From sequence record MF158042: a stretch of DNA of 48,262 nucleotides; one strand, given 5' to 3'. The DNA is from Shigella phage Sd1. Below the pieces are notes generated by a model. The model did no database searches and was not told the DNA's origin. It saw only the letters and a list, made by a program, of their open reading frames with translations. A program made the position numbers and the translations under genes. This document shows positions 35,263 to 43,937 of the stretch, piece after piece. Within the stretch, counting starts at the first letter, position 1. The number at the start of each line of letters is the position of its first letter.

Positions 35263-36529
35263 TAATCACTACCTCCTCGGCTAATTCTTCCTGAGCGGGT
35301 TGCTCCGGCAAGTTAACATCGCCATCCTGAAGCTTAACCTCTGTAGCGATGGTACGTAGTGTATCACGAGCTTCTTCGGTATTCATCACGCCAGCCGCAA
35401 TCAATGCGGCAACCGAGTTCACATTCTTCTCAAGAATCTCAGACTTATCCTTGTCACTAACCTGGGATAGTGGGTTAAATTCTACTGACCACTCTTGCTC
35501 AGTTACGATGAACGATAGCAGGAACTCAAGGAGAGGCAGTAATTCAGCCTTGCGCTTACGGTCAACATAACCATAGAAGGTCTCCAAAGCAGTGTTCTGG
35601 CTTGCTGATACGCCACCAACGTTTTTGCCCTTCAAGATAATCTCGTGAATACCGCTCAGAGCAACAATTCGGTCAAACTTCTGGCTCAGAAAAGTATCAA
35701 TCCCACCAATGTCTGAGTTGAGAACGTTGTATTCCTCGCTCTCCGCGTCAATGCCGATAGCCTGACCAACACCACTGTTGTTATCTACCTGCGCCAGTCG
35801 CAATCGAGCCGCGCCAAAACCATCTGAATCGTCACATAAGTCAGCAAGACCTTTTGCTTTCCAAACCGCCTGCTGTTTACGACGCAGTAACTGAGTAGCC
35901 AGTCGCTCACAGTTCTGATAGTCGTCAATAGCGTCGATTAAGTCACCAGTTAGTACGCTTGCTCCCCATCCGTCGTTGTTACGACGTAAATTGTTAGGTA
36001 CTCGCTCGCCATCAATGATATGACAACGTGTGTAGTGCACATCGTAGAACGTTGCCGCACCATTTGGCGTAATGCGGTAGGTTACTGGCTTACCAAAACG
36101 TGCGTTACGTGGATTCTCCTCGCGAGTCTGAACCCTCACTTGCTGGCGGTCGTATACGCGAACTGTTTCTAGTTCTGCACCATCACTAACTGGGCTGGTT
36201 AGCGCCCTGCTATCCTTAACAATTGCCACTACAGCAGCGCCACCGTATAACCTGGCCCATGCCAGAGCGTCGATTACACTATCCGAAAGGTCTAGGTCAT
36301 CCCAACGAGACCAGAACTTGCCTTCATCGTCGATACCTTCGATGTTAAAGCCAGCGCCAAGTGCGACCTCTGGCACGATATCAATAATTCGGCGAACTAG
36401 TGCGCTACTGACGTAAAGCTGCTCAAGCTGAGCTGGAGCTGTTAGGCCAAGGCCGCCAAACTTTCCGTAAATCTCGCTACCATCACTCCCGTTAAGAAAG
36501 ATGTTTGCGTAGCTGTCTGCTTTTACCAT
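35252..36529 (-). CDS. Putative portal protein
   Basis: 425 aa directly downstream of terminase large subunit region. Confidence 0.5.
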   Translation of the reverse strand: MVKADSYANIFLNGSDGSEIYGKFGGLGLTAPAQLEQLYVSSALVRRIIDIVPEVALGAGFNIEGIDDEGKFWSRWDDLDLSDSVIDALAWARLYGGAAVVAIVKDSRALTSPVSDGAELETVRVYDRQQVRVQTREENPRNARFGKPVTYRITPNGAATFYDVHYTRCHIIDGERVPNNLRRNNDGWGASVLTGDLIDAIDDYQNCERLATQLLRRKQQAVWKAKGLADLCDDSDGFGAARLRLAQVDNNSGVGQAIGIDAESEEYNVLNSDIGGIDTFLSQKFDRIVALSGIHEIILKGKNVGGVSASQNTALETFYGYVDRKRKAELLPLLEFLLSFIVTEQEWSVEFNPLSQVSDKDKSEILEKNVNSVAALIAAGVMNTEEARDTLRTIATEVKLQDGDVNLPEQPAQEELAEEVVINEE

Positions 36530-36540
36530 GTAATTTCTCC

Positions 36541-36567
36541 AATAAAAAAAGCCCCTGAGTAGGGGCT
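36541..36567 (-). terminator. Rho-independent terminator upstream of portal gene
   Basis: agcccct/aggggct stem followed by TTTTTTTATT on the minus strand. Confidence 0.6.
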
Positions 36568-36587
36568 AGTGTATCACAGAGTTTTGA

Positions 36588-36914
36588 TTACTCGAACTTG
36601 ATTTCAAATTTGACTGAAGACACTTTGGCGCCAAGTCTATCAGCCTCATTTAGCTCGCCAATTAACTCGTAGAAGTAGCTTTTTTGCACCAAGTTGCCAT
36701 TGATATAATACTTTAGGCTTGCTGGCTCCTCAAATAAATCATCATCTTCTACTATTTCGAAATCATAGACACTGCTATTGTCAATTGAGACGCGGCAACC
36801 ATTATCATCAATTACAAATTTGCACTTATACCCATCATTAATCTGATATTTCATACCTTTAGTGAAGTTGAAAAAGCTATCATCCATTTTGTAACCTTTA
36901 AAAATTGCCTTCAT
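36588..36914 (-). CDS. Hypothetical protein (108 aa) between terminase and portal
   Basis: ORF with gagaggag SD, own promoter P7 and downstream terminator. Confidence 0.45.
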   Translation of the reverse strand: MKAIFKGYKMDDSFFNFTKGMKYQINDGYKCKFVIDDNGCRVSIDNSSVYDFEIVEDDDLFEEPASLKYYINGNLVQKSYFYELIGELNEADRLGAKVSSVKFEIKFE

Positions 36915-36943
36915 TTCATATCTCCTCTCGTTTTGATGAGTTG

Positions 36944-36986
36944 ATTATACGCCATCCCTGGCGATTGTATTTAGCAATTCGTGCTA
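36944..36986 (-). promoter_or_regulatory. Palindrome-type promoter P7 (tagcaattcgtgcta, 22-bp spacer, TATAAT)
   Basis: Perfect palindrome overlapping TerL stop codon, consensus -10, leader caactcatcaaaacgagagg. Confidence 0.6.
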
Positions 36987-38564
36987 CTTCACTCCAGCTA
37001 GTCGCATCAACCTGGCCCTTGGGTCATCACTTAAGTTCAACTCACAGTTGATTGCCATTGTTGTAGTATCGACAATGTCATCATGCGGATGTGAATCGTC
37101 AGCAGTAAACGCAGAGAACTCAGTTAATAGCGAAGTAAGCCATGGCGCAGAGTCTGGAAGAACTACGTTACCAGCCTTAATCTGTGGCAATGCGCTCATC
37201 ACCCTGGTTAACTTATCTGTATCAGGAACGAAAGGATCGATAGGAGTTCGCATTGTTCGGCCTGCTGACTGGATAAGGCCGATACCAGACGCCTTCTTCT
37301 CTATAATAACCTTGCGCAAGATTCCATCTGTTTTACTGGTGGCTCTGTGCTTGCTCTCAAAGTCAAGAAGAGCCTGCTCAAGCTCTGGAGCCTCCCATTT
37401 GCCTCTTACCATATCCAGAAGGTAAAGCTTGTTACCCTTACGTCCCCACAACTGAAATACAGAGTAGTCGCTATAACTCTTCGTCGTCATGGCGGTATCA
37501 GCCGTAATGAAGCGGTAGTCATACTTGACTGGCGGCCTGTTATTCTCATCAAGACGAACAAACCAATCGACGTTTATCAGGTTTCCACCTAGAGCTACTG
37601 GAGATTGTTGGTACTGGCTTAGGAATGTGTACGGGTCTGAATCCCACATCGCCACTAAGTCATGCACAGATTCCTTTTGCGGGAAATAGCTATAGTACTT
37701 GACCCCATCGCGCTCAACTGATTCAGATGACAGGACGTCCCTTTCGAATTGCTCACGAATCCAGTCAGGAAGGTCATTCACGTAATCTTCAGTAACCAGC
37801 GCCGGTATTTTAACCACATCAAAGTCGATACCCATGCCTCCAGAAGTCATGAACCACGTTGAATCCTGCGTATGAAGCCTTTGCTGAATTGACAGAATCG
37901 GCGTAGCTTTACCTTTAACACTGCTAGCCCTACGAGAACGGATGGTGTTCTTGAGTAAAACGTGTACAGCTTCACGCCTAACCTTGCTGAGCATATCGTC
38001 TGGCTTGTCTGGGTCATCAAGCATCAAGCAGCCACTATAAGTTTCAGTAATATAACCGCCACGCGCACCAGTAATCTGACCGCCAATTGCTTTCGATATA
38101 GCTTCGAATCTAACCTTGCCACTCCCATCAAGAACCTGAATCTCGTCATCTTTGCACGTACCGAACTTACAGGGCCATAGCTCCTGAAACTCAGCTGACT
38201 TGATAAGGTCGCGAACTCGCTTTGAGTTACGCTTCACGAGGCTATCGGAGAATGAAAGGCTCAGGTTTCTCACTTTCTTTAGCTTAAGCATTGAGTACAC
38301 CGGAAAGTGGATTGAAGTAATCTCAGTTTTACCGGCCCCGGGAGCTACGTTAATGATAGTATCCCTACGCTCCCCGCTGATAACCTCGTCAATGATTCGG
38401 CAAAGGTACTTATGATGCCAGTTAGGGATGTATCGCTCGCCTTGAGTTAACTGAAACCACACCCGAAGGAATGCTTCAAAGCTATGAGTGGATAACGCCT
38501 TAATTGCCAGCTTTTCGGCTGGCGTCATATCTTCCCAAGCTAGTGTATTCATAGTACAAGCCAA
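36984..38564 (-). CDS. Terminase large subunit
   Basis: Walker A NVAPGAGKT, Walker B-like LMLDDPD, C-terminal nuclease-like acidic residues. Confidence 0.7.
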   Translation of the reverse strand: MACTMNTLAWEDMTPAEKLAIKALSTHSFEAFLRVWFQLTQGERYIPNWHHKYLCRIIDEVISGERRDTIINVAPGAGKTEITSIHFPVYSMLKLKKVRNLSLSFSDSLVKRNSKRVRDLIKSAEFQELWPCKFGTCKDDEIQVLDGSGKVRFEAISKAIGGQITGARGGYITETYSGCLMLDDPDKPDDMLSKVRREAVHVLLKNTIRSRRASSVKGKATPILSIQQRLHTQDSTWFMTSGGMGIDFDVVKIPALVTEDYVNDLPDWIREQFERDVLSSESVERDGVKYYSYFPQKESVHDLVAMWDSDPYTFLSQYQQSPVALGGNLINVDWFVRLDENNRPPVKYDYRFITADTAMTTKSYSDYSVFQLWGRKGNKLYLLDMVRGKWEAPELEQALLDFESKHRATSKTDGILRKVIIEKKASGIGLIQSAGRTMRTPIDPFVPDTDKLTRVMSALPQIKAGNVVLPDSAPWLTSLLTEFSAFTADDSHPHDDIVDTTTMAINCELNLSDDPRARLMRLAGVK

Positions 38565-38658
38565 AGCATGATTGGTGAGGTGATAATTATTGAAACCAGA
38601 GCCAGAACCTTAAAGTCCTCAGCATATGATTTGCAAATAAACTTTTTGCTCTTAATAA

Positions 38659-39174
38659 TCATAGCTTCTCCATAATAGATTCAAGTGCGGCCTTCATAGC
38701 TTCCTCGTCGTTAACTACCGCATTAGAAGCGTTGTTGATGTTAACCTCTTGCGGCTTGTCGATACCAAGGTCTTTGCCAATCAGTCCAGGGTTGACGATG
38801 TTGTTAACACCCAGCTGATACTTCTGCTCAAAGATGACCGAATCCACAAACTCCATCACCTCATCGAATCCAGGCGAAGATCGCCATTTACTAATGGCAT
38901 TATGACCTACACCGCAGAAAAGCTGGAAGCCAGTTATCGTAAATACTCTCGGCTTGTGAATAAGGTTTTCTGTTACGACGCCCTGAAAGCTAGCCGTTTC
39001 AATGGCCTTAATCGCTTGCTCTTCAGCCCAGCTGAAATACCTGACGGCCATGTCGAATACCTGTTCAGGGGTGTACCTGTGGTTAATCTTCAGATTGGCA
39101 ATATCGCCATACTTCTTGTTATACAGCTCCTTGAAGTTTCCTATCTTCTGGTGAATCTTTTTCTCTTCTGGCAT
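38659..39174 (-). CDS. Putative terminase small subunit
   Basis: Position immediately upstream of TerL; 171 aa. Confidence 0.4.
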   Translation of the reverse strand: MPEEKKIHQKIGNFKELYNKKYGDIANLKINHRYTPEQVFDMAVRYFSWAEEQAIKAIETASFQGVVTENLIHKPRVFTITGFQLFCGVGHNAISKWRSSPGFDEVMEFVDSVIFEQKYQLGVNNIVNPGLIGKDLGIDKPQEVNINNASNAVVNDEEAMKAALESIMEKL

Positions 39175-39219
39175 GTGATATTCCTCCTGTTTTAAAAGTC
39201 ATTGTACCATGAGTACGGA

Positions 39220-39246
39220 CGAAAAAAAGCCCTCACTAGGAGGGCG
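39220..39246 (-). terminator. Rho-independent terminator upstream of terminase genes
   Basis: gccctc...gagggc stem followed by TTTTTTTC on the minus strand. Confidence 0.6.
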
Positions 39247-39273
39247 AAGAACTACATTGCGAGATTACCAATC

Positions 39274-39459
39274 TCAAACGAGGGATACTTTATCAACGCT
39301 GACTTTGTGGACTTTCAGGTCGATCTTAAATGCTGCCTTTGCAGCTGAAACTGCTTCTTCAGGGCTGTTAGCAAGAAACCTACCTTCGTAGGATTGCTGG
39401 CAAGATTTGCATTGCCTTCCCATTAGGCGGGAAGTTAAACGGACTTCGTAGTTATTCAC
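39274..39459 (-). CDS. Hypothetical protein (GTG start)
   Basis: ORF with ggag SD 8 nt upstream of GTG. Confidence 0.3.
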   Translation of the reverse strand: MNNYEVRLTSRLMGRQCKSCQQSYEGRFLANSPEEAVSAAKAAFKIDLKVHKVSVDKVSLV

Positions 39460-39475
39460 TAGGATGCTCCATGAT

Positions 39476-39551
39476 TGGCGTTCCGCGCTGGACTCGAACC
39501 AGCAACTGAGACTTAGGAGGTCTCTGCGTTATCCTGTTACACCAGCAGAAC
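39476..39551 (-). tRNA. tRNA-Arg (anticodon CCU)
   Basis: Manual fold: acceptor GTTCTGC/GCGGAAC, D-arm GTGT/ACGC, anticodon stem GAGAC/GTCTC with loop CTCCTAA, T-arm GCTGG-TTCGAGT-CCAGC, discriminator G and encoded CCA. Confidence 0.6.
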
Positions 39552-39556
39552 TTAAT

Positions 39557-39630
39557 TGGCACGGGATGTTGGAATCGAACCAACCTCTTTGGTTTTGGAG
39601 GCCACTATTCTACCAATGAACTAACCCCAT
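39557..39630 (-). tRNA. tRNA-like gene, possible tRNA-Trp (anticodon CCA); anticodon stem non-canonical
   Basis: Acceptor ATGGGGT/ATCCCGT with two G-U pairs, D-arm GTTC/GAAT, T-arm GTTGG-TTCGATT-CCAAC, encoded CCA; anticodon stem has only 3 Watson-Crick pairs. Confidence 0.4.
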
Positions 39631-39911
39631 TTTGTTAGATGCCGGTTACGGAATCCGGCGAGCTTTCACAATGCTCCGACTATATCGAGTTACCACATCG
39701 ATTGGTTCGCTTCGCGAAGTTCTCAATGCATAACTGCGGTTTATTTGCCTCGTATCTTTACCCAGCCCGGCTATCGGCTTGCATCTCCGCGATGCGCGTT
39801 ACGGTCATTGCCGTCTACGTGGTTAATACTAACCACTTTTAACATTTACGTCAAGCCATGACGACGAAATAAATCCAAGTCAACATGCCAGCCAGTAGCC
39901 AGATTGATAGC

Positions 39912-40151
39912 TCAGTCATAAATGTTACTCCCATCTTCACGCTTACCGCAGCGTCCTGCCAGATAACCGGAAACCCAAACGAAGCGCATCTTCTCGATGA
40001 TTGTACTGACTGGGCTATGGAACTCACAGATAACCGCCTTCATGATGTCGTTATCTTGCTTCTGCTTGCTGGTTAGCTTATCCACTGCCTCGTTTAGCTT
40101 CTTAGCCTGGGCGCGCACTGCGTTGAATTGTGGTTGAGTAAGTCCGAACAT
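39912..40151 (-). CDS. Hypothetical protein
   Basis: ORF. Confidence 0.4.
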   Translation of the reverse strand: MFGLTQPQFNAVRAQAKKLNEAVDKLTSKQKQDNDIMKAVICEFHSPVSTIIEKMRFVWVSGYLAGRCGKREDGSNIYD

Positions 40152-40235
40152 TTAATATTCCTTTTTAGCTGCCACATAGTCAAGAATAATCCAAAGAACA
40201 ACTGGAATAGCTAAACAAATGATTATCTCAAACAT
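40152..40235 (-). CDS. Small hydrophobic peptide (27 aa), not in ORF track
   Basis: MFEIIICLAIPVVLWIILDYVAAKKEY; gaagg SD; stop directly abuts next ATG. Confidence 0.3.
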   Translation of the reverse strand: MFEIIICLAIPVVLWIILDYVAAKKEY

Positions 40236-40711
40236 GATTAAGCCTTCTTGTAAGATTGAATGTCGCCGCCGAGTACTGTATGTTGTGCTTTTGCTGCTTC
40301 ATAACTATCGTGAACAATCTTATGCATCACGCTGTTAAACTTGCCAGTGTAGTATGTATGGACCCAAATCATTCTTCAGTCTCCCATCCATCAATAAGAG
40401 CTAAAGGCACTCTAACATCGCCGTTAAATGTTTCAAGATACCAAAACTTATCGCACTCCTTAATGCTGAATACATCAATCTCAGTTGTCTTGCCAGTCTT
40501 CCAGAAGATTCTTACAGTTTTCATTTTTTATCCTCGCGCTCACGCCACATATTCATCAATTCAAAGTAGGCCATTGCCTCATCGCCATCCTTTGCCTCAT
40601 CCATCATCTTTTTGCACCACTCATAAGGTGATTGTTCTTTAAGCCAGTGTAGCTTTACCACTTTATCAGCCATTACTCAACCCTCTCATACTCAAATTCA
40701 CTGATACTAAC

Positions 40712-40882
40712 CTAATTTCCAACACTAACAAACTCAGTTTCACGAATTGCGTGGATTGATAGATCTCCATTATTGTACTTACCTGACACCTCTACAACAT
40801 CGCCAACTTCGAACCCGCATTCGCGAAGTGTGATGGACTCGTCATCAGTAACATAATCAACATCGATAATTTTAATTTTCAT
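40712..40882 (-). CDS. Hypothetical small protein (56 aa), not in ORF track
   Basis: ATG preceded by leader aatcgaaacgaacgaggaag and promoter P8. Confidence 0.35.
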   Translation of the reverse strand: MKIKIIDVDYVTDDESITLRECGFEVGDVVEVSGKYNNGDLSIHAIRETEFVSVGN

Positions 40883-40912
40883 TTCTGCTTCCTCGTTCGT
40901 TTCGATTTAGTA

Positions 40913-40955
40913 ATAGTATCGCATCCTTGCGATTGATGTTTAGCAATTAGTGCTA
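40913..40955 (-). promoter_or_regulatory. Palindrome-type promoter P8 (tagcaattagtgcta, 22-bp spacer, TACTAT)
   Basis: Same architecture. Confidence 0.5.
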
Positions 40956-40956
40956 T

Positions 40957-41292
40957 TTACCAAGGAAGGCCGTCTTCCCATTCGTAAGTATCAGACCTTT
41001 TTTCTATGAATGAATTATTTACTTTCATCATATCCCCGCTAACCACAAATCTTTTATTTTTCTTATTAATATCCTTATGAGCGTATAGCTCCTTAGCTTT
41101 CTGCAGTGACTCAATTGAGTCATCAATGTCAGTGAGGTAGTCTTTATGTCCGCGTAGACCTGTACATAGCATCTTCTTGATTGCGTGCTGAGTTGCTGGG
41201 TCTGTTACCTGGAATGCATCCAGAACGCGATATACATCAATAGTAGTTACCGTGCCATCCAGACCAATAATCTCTCGGTTGTACTTACTCAT
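40957..41292 (-). CDS. Hypothetical protein
   Basis: ORF. Confidence 0.45.
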   Translation of the reverse strand: MSKYNREIIGLDGTVTTIDVYRVLDAFQVTDPATQHAIKKMLCTGLRGHKDYLTDIDDSIESLQKAKELYAHKDINKKNKRFVVSGDMMKVNNSFIEKRSDTYEWEDGLPW

Positions 41293-41548
41293 ATATCAAT
41301 CCTCACGCTCTTCAGGAAAGCTGATACCAAGCTCATCTCCATCGCACCTAGTTGGCTCGCCATATCCTTCATATAGTTCGATGCATTCATCAATGTAAAA
41401 ATTACTGTATTCGCCATTATGAATCTTCATATCTCAATCCTCGTTATTGTGCCGCCATGCGTCTTCTGCATCAACATGGCGTATCTATCGTCTACATAGT
41501 GCAGGAGCATATCAATACCCCTGCTACTGAACTTGTGTTCGTAGATTA

Positions 41549-41788
41549 TCACTTGTATTGACTAGCCAGCTGGCAACCTGATAGTGCGGTGCAAATCTGC
41601 TCGTATCGGCTCCATGCTGTATCCGTATCCCACGGGAGCTCATCGTTATCATCGAACTCTTGGTTGCGAATCTGATTTAGAACCTCATTGATAACGCCTG
41701 AATCCTGGAACATCCCTTTTGAGTCAAAGTACTGAAGTGAGACTTTGAGCGCAAATGCGTGCTCTTCTGATAGATTGATGGTAATCAT
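41549..41788 (-). CDS. Hypothetical protein
   Basis: ORF downstream of promoter P9. Confidence 0.4.
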   Translation of the reverse strand: MITINLSEEHAFALKVSLQYFDSKGMFQDSGVINEVLNQIRNQEFDDNDELPWDTDTAWSRYEQICTALSGCQLASQYK

Positions 41789-41830
41789 GTTAGCTTCCTC
41801 TCGTTTAATTGCCTTTGCTTCAATAAGGCC

Positions 41831-41873
41831 ACTATATCAAATGGCCTTGCGGAAGGTTTACCAATTCGTGCTA
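41831..41873 (-). promoter_or_regulatory. Palindrome-type promoter P9 (taccaattcgtgcta, 22-bp spacer, TATAGT)
   Basis: Same architecture; site overlaps stop codon of upstream gene. Confidence 0.5.
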
Positions 41874-42074
41874 TTGCGGTTTATTATTTTTGTTATACCA
41901 CTCAGCACAGGATATCCACGCAAAGAATGCCGTATTTGTTTGTAAATCAATATACTGCTGGTCTTCGTGCTTAGTCATTGGGTATTGGGTTCTCTGCAAG
42001 TCAAATCCAGTTTTCTTGGTGGCCCAATGCTCGAAGTCTTCTCTGACATTTTTGCATTCGTCTAAATCAAACAT
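41871..42074 (-). CDS. Hypothetical protein
   Basis: ORF. Confidence 0.4.
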   Translation of the reverse strand: MFDLDECKNVREDFEHWATKKTGFDLQRTQYPMTKHEDQQYIDLQTNTAFFAWISCAEWYNKNNKPQ

Positions 42075-42622
42075 TATTTAGTCTCCTTAATCATTTCCTG
42101 GTAAGCGTTAATCATTGCCACCGCGCCCTTAAGTTCTTCACCTTCAAGTCCAGCAACGCTTGGTGACAGCTTGAGCAATCGAGATTTAAACCTTTCAATG
42201 GTTGCTGCCTCCCTCTCCGATTCCTGCTTTTTCTTCTCGCGACTTCCAGTCCAGTGCGCGCCGTTCTCAATGTATATTACCAGGTATTTATCTGCGCCAT
42301 CACCATCGAAGCTACCAGGGTTTACCTGCTCGCCATCCTCATCAATCCAGATGAACTTATAGCGCGCTCGCTTGTTTGCATCTCGAAGCTCGGTCATTCT
42401 CGAAACCGTATTATAAATGTATGAGTTCTTTAGTTCCGGCATCGCCCTATCTGCAAGGTTTAGGATCTCACTGGTCTCCTCATCATACTGCATCTCAGGG
42501 TATTCTTTCCCGCGAACCAGCTTGAATATCTGGCTAACCGGAACTTTGAACTCACCACCCTCAGACGCCATCGCGTTACGAACCATCTCGCGGATAACTT
42601 CACCTAGTGTTACTTTCTGCAT
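42074..42622 (-). CDS. Hypothetical protein (182 aa), first gene of leftward early block
   Basis: ORF immediately downstream of AT-rich hub. Confidence 0.45.
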   Translation of the reverse strand: MQKVTLGEVIREMVRNAMASEGGEFKVPVSQIFKLVRGKEYPEMQYDEETSEILNLADRAMPELKNSYIYNTVSRMTELRDANKRARYKFIWIDEDGEQVNPGSFDGDGADKYLVIYIENGAHWTGSREKKKQESEREAATIERFKSRLLKLSPSVAGLEGEELKGAVAMINAYQEMIKETK

Positions 42623-43252
42623 GTTAATACCTCGTTTGGTTTACTTCGTTTCAGTGATTGCTATATTGCCACCTATTTACGTGTCGGTCAATGTATATTT
42701 TAGTATATTTTATCATGGATACGCATTTTTCCTCTCTAGCCCGCACCAGCACGGATTGTAAACCTGCCGTATCCCCTGTATACAGTTTTTTGAGGTTATT
42801 TCCTATATATGCGCCTTTTTATTCCTACAATATCATCCCTTTCTGACAGGTGTCAGAATATATGCGCGGAACATATCAACCATTCCATCCATGACCGGTA
42901 TACACGGTATACATATATATAATAATAATAATAATAATAGAGTAAAAGGTTGATATATATAGATATTATATTGTATATCGAGTGTATATTGGCGTAAAAA
43001 ACGTAGGTTAGTGTTCACTAACTTTTGTGACGACACTGAGTATACGTAGGATACGCGTATATCATTAAATGGCTCAGCAAGAATCAAAATCAACTTGTAT
43101 GGTAGTCCATCCATCTTTCATTCACTCACTCATCAATTCATTGCTCAATTCGCAACAATCAAAAACATCATTGCATCTGAAGCAACATTGCTATATGTGC
43201 AATAATCATGTGAATCATTGCAATAGCTGCAACAAACCATAAATCGAACGAA

Positions 43253-43296
43253 TAGCACTTTTTGCTAATGACCATTCAGCCCTGATTGGTTATATT
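43253..43296 (+). promoter_or_regulatory. Palindrome-type promoter P10 (tagcactttttgcta, 23-bp spacer, TATATT)
   Basis: Perfect-arm palindrome, -10, leader cattacatcaacaacgaggag. Confidence 0.55.
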
Positions 43297-43324
43297 CATT
43301 ACATCAACAACGAGGAGATAAAAC

Positions 43325-43549
43325 ATGAATGCGATTATCATTAACAACGAAATCAAGTATGACAAAGATGCATTAAGCCTGGCTGATATGGGTTATGAAA
43401 TTGGTGAGAAGGTTCACCTATCAGTTTGCCAGTTAAGTGGTGAGATGTACTTAACTGTTAAGCAAGACTTAGTAATCGATGGAATCGTTGCTGTCTATGC
43501 TGGAGAAGAGATTTGCGTTAGTGACGATGAAGTGGAGATGATGGCATGA
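43325..43549 (+). CDS. Hypothetical protein
   Basis: ORF. Confidence 0.4.
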   Translation: MNAIIINNEIKYDKDALSLADMGYEIGEKVHLSVCQLSGEMYLTVKQDLVIDGIVAVYAGEEICVSDDEVEMMA

Positions 43550-43785
43550 AGGTTCGCTGCACTAACGTCATCCAGAGCACAGATAAGAAAGTATTAACGC
43601 CGTTCGTAAAAGGCTCTGTATACGACGCTGATCCGCTAATCATTAACGGCAAGACAATCCCGAACGAATGGGTAATTAATGGTGCTGAGAGACCGCACAA
43701 GCACGATACGGGGTGGATTGCTATTGCTGGTTGGAAGGTTGGTATGTTTATCCCTGGCATCGCAACTTTTGACGAGGTGAAATAA
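43546..43785 (+). CDS. Hypothetical protein
   Basis: ORF, ATGA overlap with upstream gene. Confidence 0.4.
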   Translation: MKVRCTNVIQSTDKKVLTPFVKGSVYDADPLIINGKTIPNEWVINGAERPHKHDTGWIAIAGWKVGMFIPGIATFDEVK

Positions 43786-43937
43786 TGCTTAAGCCATCTG
43801 ATTTGAACTATTATGATCTAGAAACTATAGCTAAATACAGCGGCAAAGGTTGGCCTGTTGGTGACTACTTCAAGGAAGATTTAATTGAAAGCTTTGAAAT
43901 AACACAGAAAGCAATTGAGAAGGCAAAGAAGAAATGA
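43785..43937 (+). CDS. Hypothetical small protein (50 aa), not in ORF track
   Basis: TAATG and ATGA overlaps with neighbours indicate translational coupling. Confidence 0.3.
   Translation: MLKPSDLNYYDLETIAKYSGKGWPVGDYFKEDLIESFEITQKAIEKAKKK

Noticed and set aside
39639-40076. Plus-strand ORFs 39639-39842 and 39885-40076
   Set aside because: Lie in the non-coding leader upstream of the tRNAs or antisense to gene 39912-40151; no SD.
42658-43114. ORFs 42658-42846 (plus) and 42833-43114 (minus) in AT-rich hub B
   Set aside because: Low-complexity translations (poly-Leu, Tyr/Ile-rich), no SD; region is better explained as non-coding regulatory or origin DNA.
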